A program made the position numbers and the translations under genes. A stretch of DNA of 64,000 bases. Origin: Prorocentrum cordatum. Lineage: Eukaryota. The notes under the pieces are model-generated. The model worked only from the letters and a program-made list of their open reading frames with translations, did no database searches and was not told the origin of the DNA. The DNA lies in NCBI GenBank assembly GCA_963575745.1, contig CAUYUJ010000115.1, positions 62,001 to 126,000 on the forward strand. Direction: 5' to 3'. This document shows, piece after piece, positions 1-13,614 of this stretch; positions within the stretch are counted from its first letter, which is position 1; every line of letters begins with the position of its first letter.

Positions 1-202
1 GACAACTGGCCACATGCGGAGCAATCCCGCTTAATCTGGCCCTATTCCGTTGGATCCGGCTTATTGGCTTCGATTCAATTCCAGCCTTCAGCTGGCCTGA
101 TCCGGTTCTGGGGGCCGCTTGGTCAGGCCTAATCGCAGGAGTACCCCAGGAGCTGCCTCGTAAGATTTCGTCGTGCCCGCGATGACCTCCCAGCAGTCGC
201 TC

Positions 203-398
203 GGCGGCGAGCGAGAGGGGGAAGTGAGAAGGGGCGGGCCTTCTCAGAAGTCTCGGAAGTCCCCCGGCCCTCTGAGAAGTGTTCGAAGCTGTCCCCCGAA
301 GCCAGGAGAAACTGTTCAGGAGGCGCGAGGGCTTCTGAGAAGTCCCGCCGCCTTCTGAGAAGGCCTTCTCCTTCTCATTTCCCCCCTCGCTCGCCGCC
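203..398. mobile_element. MITE-like inverted-repeat element lying between two copies of a 61-bp direct duplication (140-200 and 523-583)
   Basis: GGCGGCGAGCGAGAGGGGGAAGTGAGAAGG...CCTTCTCAGAAG at the left mirrors CTTCTGAGAAGG...CCTTCTCATTTCCCCCCTCGCTCGCCGCC at the right. AGTACCCCAGGAGCTGCC...CAGCAGTCGC occurs at 140 and 523 with 2 mismatches. Confidence 0.65.
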
Positions 399-1093
399 AA
401 GTCGCCGGGATTTAGCACTAAAAAACAACGGGGAGCTCATGCATACATTTATTCATACATTAACCATGTATTAAACATCCTATATGTTTGAACATCCGAT
501 GTATTAAAAACTGCCCTGTAGAAGTACCCCAGGAGCTGCCTCGTAGGATTTCGTCGTGCCCGCGACGACCTCCCAGCAGTCGCCTCCCAAGAGCTGCCCG
601 CGGCGCCCCCGTCGGCCAGGGCGCGACGCCTGGCCCCCCTGGGCGGACGCGCTGGAGGCGCGCCTCGCCCGCTTCCGCGGGGAGCTGGAGGCGGACCTCG
701 GCCAGCGCTTCTTCGACCTCGAGGCCGCCGCCTCGGCGGCTCCTCCTCCTCCTCCTCCTCCTCCTCCTCCTCCTCCTCTCCTCCTCCTCTCTCCTCCTCC
801 TCCTCTTTCTCCTTCTCTCCTCCTCCTCCTCCTCCTCTCCTCCTCCTCCTCCTCCTCCTCCTCCTCCTCCTCCTCCTCCTCCTCCTCCATCCCCCTTGGG
901 GGGCGCCGTGGCGATCGCGAGATGATGGAGCTCCGGGCATGCTCGCGCCGTGCAGAGATGGCACCTGGAGGTGCTCCGCCGTCTTCGGCCTCCAGGGGCC
1001 CTCGCTGGGCCCCGGGACTGTGAGACAACGATCCGGGACGAGCAGCCCACCATGGGAAAGGGGTCGGGCCTTCCAGGGGCCCCCTCTTGAAAA

Positions 1094-1288
1094 TTCAGAT
1101 CGGGCCGGGCGAAAGGGGGGGATTGGGACGAAATTTGCTGCATGCAGCTGGTTTCGGCCTCACCGAGGGGCCCATTCCTCGATACATAGCCGCCTCCGGC
1201 GCCGGGAGGCGCCGGGAAAATCAGCTACGTGAGCTGATTCTCAAACCCCCCCTTTGCTATCCCCCCCTTTCGCCCGACCCGATCAGAA
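1094..1288. mobile_element. MITE with ~30-bp TIRs; related copies near 22745-22885 and 23125-23250
   Basis: TTCAGATCGGGCCGGGCGAAAGGGGGGGAT pairs with ATCCCCCCCTTTCGCCCGACCCGATCAGAA. The internal GCTGCATGCAGCTG...GGGCCCAT.CCTCGAT...CAGCTACGT.AGCTGAT motif recurs at 22.7 kb and partly at 23.1 kb. Confidence 0.7.
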
Positions 1289-1994
1289 CATCGGATATCT
1301 GGGCTGGGCGCCGTGGCGATCGCGACCTGATGGAGCCGGCGGAGAGCCCTCAGAGCTGGGTGTCACCAGAAAAGCATCGCGACGGCCGGTTCCGTTCGTG
1401 GACGAGGCCCGCCGGCAATATCCCCGCCCATTTTGAGCAGGAGCTGTTGTCGGTGTCGCCGCGGACGCTGTCCATTCGAGGCAGAAGGCCCCTTCCCATG
1501 AGCGGCAGCGGTCGGACTCGGGAAGCACTTGCGTTTTGGCATTGCACACATTCTCTGGTACATCAAGAGATAGCAAACCACCCCCACATCCACCACGATC
1601 ATCTTAAAACCTTTCCTGGCAGGCCTGTAGATGTAGTCGACGCTCTCTGACGTCGAAAAGATCAATTCGCCAAATTGTTGGGGCCATGAGTCGTTTGATC
1701 GCCCAGTTCTCATGTTTATCAACCCGATTCTGCGTTTTATCGCATTCGCGTTTTCGTATACATGCCATGAGTTGATGGAGCTGGAGGGGGGGCCCTCAGA
1801 ACGGGGCGTCGCCAGACACGCATTCGCGATGGGCATGTTGCCCCACATACAAGGTTGGTTTTTGTTTTCTCTGCACGCCTCCGCGCAGGTTTTTCCGACA
1901 CCTCACCTCCTTTCCCGCCTCCGATCACCAGGTTCTCACACCCACCATCGCCAACCTGGCCATCATCATCGCACCCGCATTTTCATTTCGGTCA

Positions 1995-2006
1995 TGATCA
2001 CCATCG

Positions 2007-2058
<52 letters not shown>

Positions 2059-2250
2059 TATCATCATCATCATTATCATCATCATCATCACTCATGCTTT
2101 CACGCTGGCCATCGCCATACCATCATAATCCATCGTCGTTACGATTTACGATCATCGTTCCCATATCACCATTCTTACAGTCATCATCATCATCATCAGC
2201 AGCAGCATCATCATCATCATCATCGCAATCATCCCCAACATCATCATCGC
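1995..2250. repeat. (CAT)n microsatellite
   Basis: Direct reading of the sequence. Confidence 0.95.
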
Positions 2251-2284
2251 ACACACACGCATACATTCATTTTAGACAGGGTTC

Positions 2285-3030
2285 CAGGCGGGAGCCTCGT
2301 TTTCGAGTGAGTTGCGAAGAGGTCTCGAGCGGAAGCCCCTCCCTATGAAAACCGCAGATCATATCACTAATCTGCACGAGCCTTCAGAACCTGCTAACTG
2401 TCGTCATTCCTGGGCTCCTCAGTCCTGTATTTGAAAGTTCTATCGGGCGGGAGCCTCGTTTGCGAGTGAATTGCGAGGGAGTCTCAGGCGAGAGTTTGCA
2501 GATCATGCTATCAATCCGGGCGTGTCATCAGAACCATGTGTTTGCCGTCACGTCTAGGTTCCTCAGTTTCGAATATGGCGGAAGTTTCGGACGGGAGCTT
2601 CGTTTGTGAGTGAATTGCGAGGCAGTCTCAGGCGGAAGCCCCTCCCCATGGGGCCCGCACACATATTACGAATCCGTGTGGGAGCCTCGTCTGGAAGTAA
2701 TTGGAATAGAGTCTCAATCTCAGGTGGGCCCCCCCTTGTGGGGCCCGCAAATCATGCCGTTCATCGGGGGGCGCCGGAAATTTTTGTATTTGTCATCACT
2801 TCTGGGCTCTTGAAGCTTGAGTATTGAAACAGTTTGTCGCGGGAGCGTCGTCTGTGATTTAATGGCGAGGAGCTCTCAGTCGGAGTTCCCTTCAGTTTGG
2901 GGCCCGCAGCTCATGCTACCAATCCGAGCGGGTCATCGGACCTGATGACTGTCCTCACTTCTGCTTTCTGGAAGCTTGAATATGGCGGGCATCTCGAGCG
3001 GGAGCCTCGTCTGTGACTGAATGGCGAGGA
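2285..3030. repeat. Degenerate tandem repeat, unit ~90-160 bp
   Basis: Core GCGGGAGCCTCGT...TGAATTGCGAGG..GTCTCAGGCG recurs near 2288, 2447, 2591, 2679, 2839 and 2999. Confidence 0.75.
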
Positions 3031-3500
3031 AGTGCATGCGGAACATGCTGATCCTGCTGCCGCCCATGCGAGAGTTCCTGGAACGCGGGTCGACGGCTTC
3101 CCTCCGCCGCCCCAGTCAAAAAGCAATGCACAGTGATCGCGGGGTGCCTGCGCCCCCCGCCGTCCCAGTCAAAGGCCAATCGGAGGGGAACAAGGGGGTT
3201 GGAACACTCACGCCCTAACGAGCTTGTGGGATTATGGGGTTGAGAGGATGGGATTGGGATATATGATCAGATCACCCGTGGTATCGCGTATGCTGAAGGT
3301 GCTTAATTCACCGTCGTGCCCTGTATCTTGCCAGCCGCATCCTCCCAGCACGACAGCTGTTTTTCCCAAACAGGGGCCAGGGGGGGGGGGGGGTAGCAAC
3401 GAGGGCCCTGCCCAGGCCCCAGCCCAGCCCTGCCTGGGCCCGAGCTTGTACCCTCGCCCTGGCCCTAGCCCCATGCCTAGCCTTGGCCCCAGCCTGGCTT

Positions 3501-4464
3501 CCCAGACATGCGACGTCCTGATTTTTTCAGTGCGGCGTCCCCGGAAGGCCCGACCCTTTTCCCCGGGGCCGGTTTGAACATTTTCAGCTTATGAGTCGTT
3601 TCTTGACGCTCCCCGGGGGCAGCGAGGGCCCCCCGGGGGTCGAACATAGCGAAAACATTACCGTTCGCATTTTTTTTGGCGACGTGATCACGTCTGGGTT
3701 TGCCTGGGCCCCGGCCCGGACAGGCGCAGGCAGGGGCCTGGGGTTATGATGTCCCAACCTACTTTAGCCTTGATCACCAGAAAGAGTTCGAGCACCAACA
3801 AAGTACCCCAAATCGAGGGCTCGACACTGTTCGACACCCTTTCTACACTCTTTCGACATTTTTCCGGGTGCTCGAAATTATTACTGGGTTCTGGTCCTTG
3901 AGTACGATTGGAACAACATAAGCCTGGGGCAGATCTCCGCAGGGCGACGGCCCGCCTGGCCCCCCCCCCCCGGCGGCTCTCCCCCCGAGGCGCGGCAGGA
4001 GGCCACCTGCGCCGAGCAGCGCCGGCTGTCCGGCCTGCTGGGGGCCGGCGGCTGGGCGCCTTCCGCGCTGGGCAGGAGCCGCTTTTTCTTCGCGGCCTCG
4101 CTTTTTTCTTCGAGGGACGAGGAGGAGGAGGAGGAGGAGGAGGAGGAGGAGGAGGAGGAGGAGGAGGAGGAGGAGGAGGAGGGAGGGAGGAGAGGAGGAG
4201 GGAGAGGAGGAGGGGGAGGAGGAGGAGGAGGAGGAGGAGGAGGAGGAGGAGGAGGAGGAGGAGGGGCAGCAGCCTCCCCAGACAGGATCGTGTCGCAAAA
4301 ACAAAATTAGGGCGGCAAGGTTTCCGCTGCTTTCGCCCCCGGGGGGCCCTCGCCGTGCCCCGGGGCCGCGAGGAAACGACGCAGGGTGAAGAGCCGGCCC
4401 CGGGGAAAGGGTCGGGACTTCCGGGGTCGCCGCACTGAAAACATCAGGACGTCGCATGTCTGGG
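3501..4464. mobile_element. Two oppositely oriented copies of a ~190-bp element (3501-3698 and 4277-4464), each bounded by CCCAGAC...GTCTGGG; partial third copy near 6110-6236
   Basis: CCCAGACATGCGACGTCCTGAT at 3501 is the reverse complement of ATCAGGACGTCGCATGTCTGGG ending at 4464, and the internal sequences align in inverted orientation. Confidence 0.7.
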
Positions 4465-4479
4465 TCTCGAGGAGGAGGA

Positions 4480-5200
4480 ATCGGCACGCAAGGTGTGGAG
4501 CCGAGGCGCATCGAAACGGCTGGGGCCTGCAAGCCATCGAGGGCACTCATCCGACCGAAGAGTCGCACGCATGGCACCGGGCCAAGACCTGAAGTCAGGG
4601 CAACACGTAGCACACCTCGCTCTCGCACCAATGGAGACATGTGGTAGATGTTTAAGACTGACCCCACCCCCACACGTGGCTAGATCCTCGAGGAGCTCCC
4701 TCGTCATCGCATTCCACTTGCCGTGGAATTGCCTGCCGAGGTCTGTGTCTTCTTCACGCTTCAAATCTGCAGCGAGGCATCGTATTTTTGGGTGCAGGAC
4801 GGGGGAAGACTCGGACAATCTTCGGCACTATGGAACTTGCGACAGAATGAGGAGGATATTGGAACCCTGGTTTCGTGACGACATCCCTGAGCATGGGCAT
4901 GATTGGTTTTCTCACCTCTTTTTTGACACCTCGCCTCAGCCCCGAAGCGGATTCCTGCAATGCTGTCCGACTCGGGAGTCGATTGCAGGTGCCGCTCCTG
5001 TGTTGAGGCGCGGATGTGTCTCCACTGCAGACGGCACGCCAACATGCAGCAGGCCTCGAGCAGTGGCCCACAGAGAGATGGTGATCCAATTTTGCCTTTG
5101 GAGCTCCGTGCTGCAACCGCACTGTCTGCGCCGCAAGGGGCTCGTGTCGCCTGCGAGGGCTCTGAGGCTCCTGACGGCTCCCCTGGGCGTTCCAATAAAC
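4480..5200 (+). pseudogene. 3' fragment of a non-LTR retrotransposon (zf-RVT-like region)
   Basis: Translation ...SSRFKSAARHRIFGCRTGEDSDNLRHYGTCDRM resembles the CxFGC...DxLxHYxxC C-terminal zinc finger of LINE ORF2. The fragment ends in AATAAA followed by (GA)n/(GAG)n. Confidence 0.55.
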
Positions 5201-6010
5201 GAGAGAGAGAGAGGAGGAGGAGGAGGAGGAGGAGGAGGAGGAGGAGGAGGAGGAGGAGGAGGAGGAGGAGGAGGAGGAGGAGGAGAGGAGGAGGAGGAGG
5301 AGCAGGAGGAGGAGGAGGAGGAGGAGGAGGAGGGAGGAGGAGGAGGAGGGAGGAGGAGGAGGAGGAGGAGGAGGAGGAGGAGGAGGAGGAGGAGGAGAGG
5401 AGGAGGAGGAGGAGGAGCAGGAGGAGGGAGGAGGAGGAGGAGGAGAGGAGCAGGAGGAGGAGGAGGAGGAGGAGGAGGAGGAGGAGGGAGAGGAGGAGGA
5501 GGAGGAGGAGCAGGAGGAGGAGGAGGAGGATGAGGAGGAGGAGAGGAGGAGGAGGAGGAGGAGGAGGAGGAGGAGGAGGGAAGAGGAGGAGGAGGAGGAG
5601 GAGGAGAGGAGGAGGAGGAGGAGGGAAGAGAGGAGAGGAGGGGAGGAGGGAGGAGGAGAGGAGGAGGAGGAGGAGGAGGAGGAGGAGGAGGAGGAGGAGG
5701 AGGGGAGGAGGAGGAGGAGGAGGAGGAGGAGCAGGAGGAGGAGGAGGGTTCAGTCAGCGGCCGCAAGAGGATCAGTCGGCCGGCGGTCGAGCCGCGGCGG
5801 GGCGCGCCCGAGGCACAGCTCATCAGGCACAGGGGAGCGCGGGGGCTGCCGCGAGGCGCTTGAGGCCAGAGAGGCCGCAGGGAGGAGCGGGAGCCACACC
5901 CAGGCTGTGTAGGGGGAGGAGGAGGAGGAGGAGGAGGAGGAGGAGGAGGAGGAGGAGGAGGAGGAGGAGGAGGAGGAGGAGGAGGAGGAGGAGGAGGAGG
6001 AGGAGGAGCA
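5201..6010. repeat. (GAG)n microsatellites. Similar (CCT)n/(GAG)n tracts at 741-888, 4118-4263, 11544-11651, 11866-12025, 12265-12500, 13024-13110, 16440-16625, 20575-20680, 36250-36300, 52910-53080 and 63885-63955
   Basis: Direct reading of the sequence. Confidence 0.95.
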
Positions 6011-9000
6011 GGAGGGCTTCGTGTGCGCGCCGGGGTGCAGGCTCTTGACGTGCCAGGCGTGGACGCGTCGTGAAGAACTTACGACGGGAGGTTTTGGGGG
6101 ACCGTCTTCGGCCCCCCATGCCGGGCCCCAGGACCGTCCACAAGACGACTCGGGAGGAAAAGCCGGCCCCCGGTGAAGGGTCCAGATGATCGGGGATCCC
6201 GCATTGAACAAAAATAGGACATCGCATGTGTGGGTCTCGGAGGAGAGAAGACGGCATCAGCACATGGCCCTTTTCGATCCGAGCGATCCGGTTCGGTCTC
6301 GATTTCGGCCTGCCTGGCCCGATCCGCTGCCGATGTTCTGGCGGTCCGGTGCTGTCTGGGGCTTGGTTTCCATGGCGTTGCTGTGCAATCCTGGCGCAGG
6401 CGATCCGATGCAATTTCGACTCCTTTCCGATGCAGCACCGTCCGATGCGCATTTCGGTTCGATCCGATTTTCCGATTCGAGGCTGGCTGGTGTTGTCAAC
6501 AAAAACTCTCCGCGCGGACATATGCCCTGGGTAGGAGCCGTTTTCGCCGCTGGGTTTTCCAAATCTAGATTGCAAGGTGGAACAATTGGACCCAGGTTTC
6601 ATTGTTGGGCATTTCCCTCCTCTCGTACAGTTCCGGCAGTCGATAACACCATGTGTCCGCACGGATGCCTCCCTTTTGCCTGCACGTCACGATTTTTTTT
6701 TCCGCTGTCGCTCGCCCCTGTCGAAGAACAGAAGCCAGCATCAACATACAGTTTGCGGAGCTCCGCACGGATCTCTTGGATCTGCGCTAGTCCCCCCTGG
6801 CGGCGCCTGCGGCGCCGTCCCTGGCGCGCTGCGCGCACCAGGGAAAGGGTCCAGTTCCGATCGAGGAGATTCGCGCGGACCTCCAGAAGTTTACGCTTAT
6901 GCAGTGTTCCTTCTTCCACGTCATCCCCCTCGCCGTCTTTTTTAGTCGTGCTTTTCGCAGTCGTCCCTGACTTACCTTCACGAGGTGGTGCCAGCGGCGG
7001 TGCGCCATGGGTAGTCGTTTATCAGTGTGGCCAGTGCGCATATGACGTACGCGGTTTCTGTCTCTCTCTCTCTCTCCCTCTCTTCGTCTTCCGTCTCTCC
7101 TTCGTCCACGTCTTCATCCTCTCTCTGCGGAGGCCCTTTCGTGATGTCTTCGGAGGCGTCTGGTGACCTGCAGGGACTTGCAAGGACATCCTCTCTCGCG
7201 CTCATCAAAGACAGTGATTCCCTGGTGTGTTCGGCCGATTTTGCCATGGGTATTGCGGAGCTTGCGCCTCGCAGTGTACTGTTTGTGCGGTGCCACGATC
7301 GTCATTCGTTCTTGTCCATGGCTCGCAGTCAGCCATGCATCTGGCAGGTGAGATCCGCCGCAGAGACGTGCCCTAACGACCTCGTTTTTGTTGTCCTGGG
7401 GTTCTGTGCACCGGCCTCGCCCGGGGGAACAGAGCACACATCGCACAAACACCGTGAGAGGCAGAGCAAGTGGCTCGAGGTTCCCAGACCATGTGCGGAC
7501 CCTCCTTGCCTCGGACACCCCACCACCGTGAATCACTGGTTCTCGCGGCTGATGAGCTATCGCAGGGACTCCACGGGGAGGCCCAGCCCGATTCTTTCGG
7601 AAGTGGTGATCGGCATGGCGTGTTCGTCCCTCTTCTCCACCGACTGATCTTGCTGCTGCTCCCCCCCAATCATACTCCCCGACTTTCGCATGCCATCATG
7701 CAAAAGTGAAGCTTCGACGGGCTTGGGAGCGCCAGCAGGTTTCGAGTACACGAGGGTCCCCCCACCATGGTAATCGAGTGGGGGACGGGTGGGGGAGGAT
7801 CAGGGCCCAGGAGATAATTATTCTTGCAGGCGGGGGGGCGTCGGAGAGGGGGCCATATTGGTCAATTCCTCCCCCCCATCCTGGGAAGTGCTTAGCAGAG
7901 GGTGTGTTCGAGCCGAGTGCATTTGATGGACACGCGGTTGATTGCCCGACTAACCGTTCCTATCATGGCGGCCACGATGCTGACTGCCTCCGCGAGCGCC
8001 TGCCCGCCCCGGTGGTGGGCATCCGCCGTTTCCCGGCTCGCAGGATGGAGCCTCGCCGGCGCTCCCGCACCTGGCCAGAGGGGGAACAAACGATTCACGG
8101 GGAGGCCAACCTTGATTCGGGGGCGGCAAAGAGGGGGGTGATGACTAGGGGGGGGGATATCATGGCGGGGGCCACGATATTTCCCCAGATTTTATGGCAC
8201 CTCTTCTTATTTCATTACGTCCCTGGCCCCCCCGCTGGGCTGCGCACATGCCGCCGGCCATGATTTGCACCCCCCCCTCTTGGACACCCCCCTCTTGGCC
8301 GCTCCCGATTGATTACTTCAGAACAAACGCACCCTGGAGAGGCGACCTCAGGCCTGGTCTTGGCGCATGCTATGGCTGGAGCAGTGCCCCTGCGACGTCT
8401 CGCTGGGGCCTGTTTTCTGCCCCTTGGAGGTGAGGTGTCTGGGCCTGCCCAGCTCTTCCTGGGGGCCTCGGTGCATGCGCGCCCGTTGCTCACCACCCAC
8501 CAAGCCACCCCAACCCAGCCCGAAGGCCCCAATTTGGCCTTCATTTCCAGTGGGGGGGGGATCGGGGAACATTGAAAAAACACATGGAACCCGTGCCCCC
8601 CCCCCAACCCGAAATTCGGGTCTTCGGGTTGGGTTGGGGTGGTCTGGCAGGTAGTCAGTTGTGGAAAATGCTCAAATTGGTGTTTGACCCGGCTCCCTAC
8701 AGGACGCACGCCCCCCCGATCTTCCAGTTCCGCCCGCTCCGCAGGGGTGGAAGTGTACACACAGTATGGGCATCTCCAGCACAGGCGGGACCAGAAACAC
8801 CACGGCGACCAGCCCGTCTGCGAACAGAGCGCGGGCGAACAGCAGCACGGCCAAGACGCTGGATCAGGGACCGCTTTGGGCTCAGGAGGTGCTTTAGTTT
8901 TCCAGCCGCTTCTGAGATCTAGGTTGGGGAACCTGTTCGTGGCCGAGGCTCGCCGTGGCCAGAAGAGCACCCTCGTGCCTTGCGTGGCAGCACGATGGCC

Positions 9001-12000
9001 GTGTGAGCGTCACCACAGCAACGAGGACCCACAGGGCACCACGGCCCACGTCGATACCCCGTTGTGCCACCTCTGCCTCCTCACCCTTCCAAATTGATCC
9101 CGCGCGTGCGGCCCCTCTGCCGCGACCCTCGCCCTGGGCGTCCGTCTCGACCAGGGGCTCACATCTCTGCCGCCGCGTGTTGCACCTACTGCGCTGGTCG
9201 GCGACGCCCATGACCTGCTGCTCCATCCCCAGACCCGCCCAGTGAGCAGTGAATCCGTGCCATGTCTTCACCCTCCATGCTCTTATCGCCTCGGCCGTTC
9301 CTCCCGACAAGGATGCTCATCTGAGCTTGGGTGCGGCCGCGTGCTTCGCAGGAGCCGCGCGGGAGTCCGATTGCTCACTCCTCATGCGCACGTCAGCTCG
9401 GCCATCGCTTCTTCCTCGAAGCTCCGCCCTCGGTTCCCCTCTGCGCCAGCGCAGCAGCGACTGTTGTCGAATCGACGTGCCAGTCAGCATGCCCGCGCTC
9501 ACTTTGGCGCCCAACGCAGCGTCCTGATCTCCTGATCGAAAGTACAGCTGCCTGCGGCAAATCCCACCACCGTACCAGTGCATCAGCCGCGCGGCAGGAC
9601 TGAGGCCGAGTTGAAGACACACTTCGGCACAGTGCTAGATTACAGCTGGTTCTGGTCTTGAACATCCCCTCCTCGTCCGCAGCCTCGTGCTCCCATCCCT
9701 TCAAAATGTGTTGTTGTTGATCGTATCCTGATGTCCTTACTGCCTCCTCACACTTTAAAGGCATCCTAGATGCTTTGGGGATCCTCATTTGTTTTTGTTT
9801 GCGGCCATCTTCGGGACCTGTTCGGGGGGCGTTTGGCGTCTTGCAAAAGCATCAGCGCAGTTGGAAGGCTATTGATTGCAAGGCCCAGGCTACTTCTACG
9901 AGCAGTCTGTGCTCGCGCAGGTCTGATTTCGTTCCCATCTGGCCTTGTGACCTCTTGTGGCTCTGTTGGGGGCCTGCCGGGGGGTCGGTTGGGGCCAAAG
10001 GCCCGTTGGGAATCTCGAGGCCGTCTTGGGCGCAGTGGTTCCGCCAAGCTCTTCCGAAGAGACTCGGTTGAAGCAGCTGGAGGATGTCTGGGCGGGTCTT
10101 GGGGGAGTCTAGGATGTGAATCATGCAGTCTTGGGGCAATACGGGGGCTCTCCTGAAGCTGTGTTGTTCAGTCTTGATGGAGATTCTTGGGGCTCTCTGA
10201 AGATGTCCCGAGGGGATCTGAGGCCGTCTTATAGCCGAAGCAGAAACGCATGGAGCTTCCGCATGCATGTATCAGTTATCTCCTTAACGCTTCGTTGGAT
10301 GCCTCTTCTAGCGTCTCCTGAAGGCGCCAGGGAGCCTGTTGGAGCGGCTTTGGGGTGACACTGGAGCCTGTGCAAGCTCTCTGGGCCGCCTTCGGACGGT
10401 TTGGGCGTGTCTTGCAGCCCGTTGGTGCGTTTGGTACGGTCTTTGGCTGTCTTGAAGCCGTCTGAAAGATGACGAGTGTGCTCTCGGGGCTGGCTTGGGG
10501 GGCTATTGGGGCCATAGTTGGCCGTCTTTGGAGCTCCTTGGCGCTCTCTGAAGCCTTCCCGAGGCGATCCAAAGCCGCTTTCTAGCCTCATTGATGCTAT
10601 CTATGCTGTTTCAGCGTTGTTTTGCCTCTGAGACCTCGCTGGAGGCCTCGTTGTGCATCTCTGGAGTGCATATTTGGACATTTTGCTGGAGCTCGTTGGG
10701 CGGTCTTCGGACCGACACGCGGGCGATATTTGGCTGTCTTGGAGCCGCTTGGCAGCCGAAGGGTGTGCTCTTGGGGGCTGTCTCGGGCCGTCGTTTGAGT
10801 TTCTTGACGCCCTCTGAAGCCCTCCGGTGAGATCTGAAGCCGCCCCGCCTCGGAGGCAAAAGCAACACATTATGTGATCTTCCATGTTTGACATACTGCC
10901 GCTTTGCCTTCTGAGAGTCCCCTTCTATTGGGATGCAACTCCTCCGAGGTCAAATTCTGATTTTGCACTGGTCCGAAGTCTGGCTTAATCCCGCTTAAGC
11001 CCGCCCATAATCCCGCCGAGTCCCGCTGAATCCCGCTCAATCCGAGGCCCACTCCGGCGTAATAGCTCCCAAATGGGGCTTCATCCTCCTTAGTCTTTCC
11101 GACGAAAACCTCCAAGTGTTTGCCTCCTGACCTTCTGTGTTCTCTTCGCAGGCCTACAGGTTGACACCAACACCAACATCAGCGGTGTGCCTCCACCGAG
11201 GGGCGAAGATCCCGATCTCGGTGACGGTGGTCACAGTGTGGCTTCCAAGGTGACCGACAGACTGCCACCAACACCGAAACCTGCGATCCTGCTTCGCCCC
11301 TGTGGAGGCAAGCCCCGGTGTTGGTGCTGGCGCCCATTTCCAGGCCTCCGATCTCTTCCAGCTCTCTCGGGGGCGGCTCCGTGGGGCCGTCGCGGGGCAC
11401 ATTCGGGGGGAGGCCCTGCGGTCCTGGAGAGCCTGCCTGCCGTCTCTGCCTCGCCTCGGGGCGTCCCCGTGGCCGTCCTGGGGCGGTCCTGGGCCTTGAC
11501 CGCGGTGGCCCCCCAGGGAAGCGGGGGAAGCGGGGGAACGATGTCCTCCTCCTCCTCCTCCTCCTCCTCCTCCTCCTCCTCCTCGCGTCCTCGCCTCCTC
11601 CTCCTCCTCCTCCTCCTCCTCCTCCTCCTCCTCCTCCTCCTCCTCCTCCTCCCCGGCGGCCAGGCGGGGGGAGCGCGGCGACCCCGCGAGATGCGGGCGC
11701 TGCAATTTTTCACGCCAGGCGCCTGCGCCCGGATTTTCGGGCCCTGGGGCCGCGACGGATCGAGGCACAGGGCGGGAAGGGCATCGTCATGGGATGGAAG
11801 GGGACCTGACGGGGGCAGGGAGGGGGAGGACAAGGGCGGAGCAGGAGGCAGGGAGAGGGAGGTGGAAGAGGAGGAGGAGGAGGAGGAGGAGGAGGCGGAG
11901 GAGGCGGAGGCATGACAAGGCGCACATGGAGGAGAAGGAGGAGAAGACGAGGAGGAGGAGGAAGAGGAGGACAACATGGAGGAGGAGGAGGAGGAGGAGG

Positions 12001-12619
12001 AGGAGGAGGAGGAGAAGGAGGAGGACCAGACGAACGTTCTGGCGAACGCAACACGCCTGACAGCCAGAACTACGTTTTGCGCCTACACCTTGACTTCTGT
12101 GCCCACGCTCCAGGCTGCGTGTGACGCACCAGGGCGATTGACTTCAAAGACTTCAGATCTGCGACGCGAGAGCCCCACGGAGAGGTCCCGATCCGGATGG
12201 TCCTGGGATCCGGATGAGCCCCGAGAGGAGGAGGATGGATGGAGATCTGGAGGGGGAGGCCCTCGAGGAGGAGGAGGAGGAGGAGGAGGAGGAGGAGGAG
12301 GAGGAGGAGGAGGAGGAGGAGGAGGAGGAGGAGGAGGAGGTAGGAGGAGGGAGGAGGAGGAGGAGGAGGAGGAGGAGGAGGAGGAGGAGGAGGAGGAGGA
12401 GGAGGAGGAGGAGGAGGAGGAGAGGAGAGGAGGAGGAGGAGGAGGAGGAGGAGGAGGAGGAGGAGGAGGAGGAGGAGGAGGAGGAGGAGGAGGAGGAGGA
12501 TGAGGCCCCCCTTGAGATCTGGGAGTGGGCTGCGCAGGGGGCCGCGCGCCGGAGGCCCTTTCGGCCCCCGCTTCCTCTGCGCGCCCAGGGTCGAACTATA
12601 GAAGCACGAAACATAAATT

Positions 12620-12774
12620 ACCAGCCTGGAACATATCCCCATCCCTATGCTGGGCATCTCCCCATCACGATGCCAATCTTAGGGATTTCCCTTATGTTTT
12701 GAGGGCGGATCCCTAAGATTGGCATCGCCTTGTGGCGTGTCCATCTTAGGGATAGGGATAAGTTCGAGGCTGGT
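12620..12774. mobile_element. Hairpin MITE with ~70-bp imperfect arms
   Basis: CGATGCCAATCTTAGGGAT pairs with ATCCCTAAGATTGGCATCG, and the outer ACCAGCCT pairs with AGGCTGGT. Confidence 0.7.
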
Positions 12775-13614
12775 CAATAACAGCGATCCAGTCGGACCCC
12801 CCCTCGCCATCAAATTCGGGCTGGCGGTCTCGGTACCTTCCCCCCTAGCGATGCCCCCTGGTTTCCGGGTCATAGTTCGGCTCTCCGGCGGCCGATCGGG
12901 ACGCTCCGCGCACGCCCAGCAAGGCCTCGGCGAGGCACAGCTGTTGGAGAACATCCTCACGATGGGCAAATGTTCCACCTCCGCTACCATAATAGAACGG
13001 GGAAGAAGCAAGGAGGATGGAGGTCCTCCTCCTCCTCCTCCTCCATCTCGTCCTCCTCGTCCTCCTCCTCCTCCTCCTCCTCCTCCTCCTCCTCCTCCTC
13101 CTCCTCCCTCTCCTACCTGTGGCAGGGGTTGTGGAAAATATAAGTGGGCCCATCGTCCCCAGGCTGGAAAGCCGACGAGGACCGACGAGCACGTCCGACG
13201 AGATCCTATCGTCGGAGCTCTGTGGGAGCGATGCCCGCGGACGATACACGTGCACCGTACCGCGCAGGCGTCTCCCGAGGCGTTGCCGATCTTCGACCTG
13301 GGCATGGCACGGTGCACAGTTTGACGGCCCTGAGGGCCCCCCAAAAATATGCACCGTACCGCGTTGGAGCGAGGCCTGAAGGGAGTTCAGGCATGGTGCG
13401 GTGCACACGCGCGTTCTCGCACGTTGGCTCCGAAGGCCCCCGTGCGGCCCCCGTCAGCCTTCGGCCCGCTGCCCTCGGCAGCGCGCATGGCGCGCGGCGC
13501 GCGCGTGCGGCGCGCGGCGGCGGCGGCGGCGGCGTGCGCCGAGCCGCCAGTGGACGGCGGCCTCGAGGCCAAGGCTTCGGCAGCAAGCCACGGGAGCCTC
13601 ATGATACCTTTGCG

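Noticed and set aside
556..1023. Possible host exon (WADALEARLARFRGELEADLGQRFFDLE)
   Set aside because: It looks coding, but no family was recognised and no gene model could be built.
449..6048. Poly-E/G/R/P/L/H ORFs (also at 11-13 kb, 26 kb, 36 kb and 49-50 kb)
   Set aside because: Translations of microsatellites.
6560..10300. Complex-looking stretches with short ORFs (also 1360-1860, 23300-25250, 53850-54430 and 62100-62620)
   Set aside because: No identifiable motifs; possibly decayed elements or exons, but a homology search is needed.
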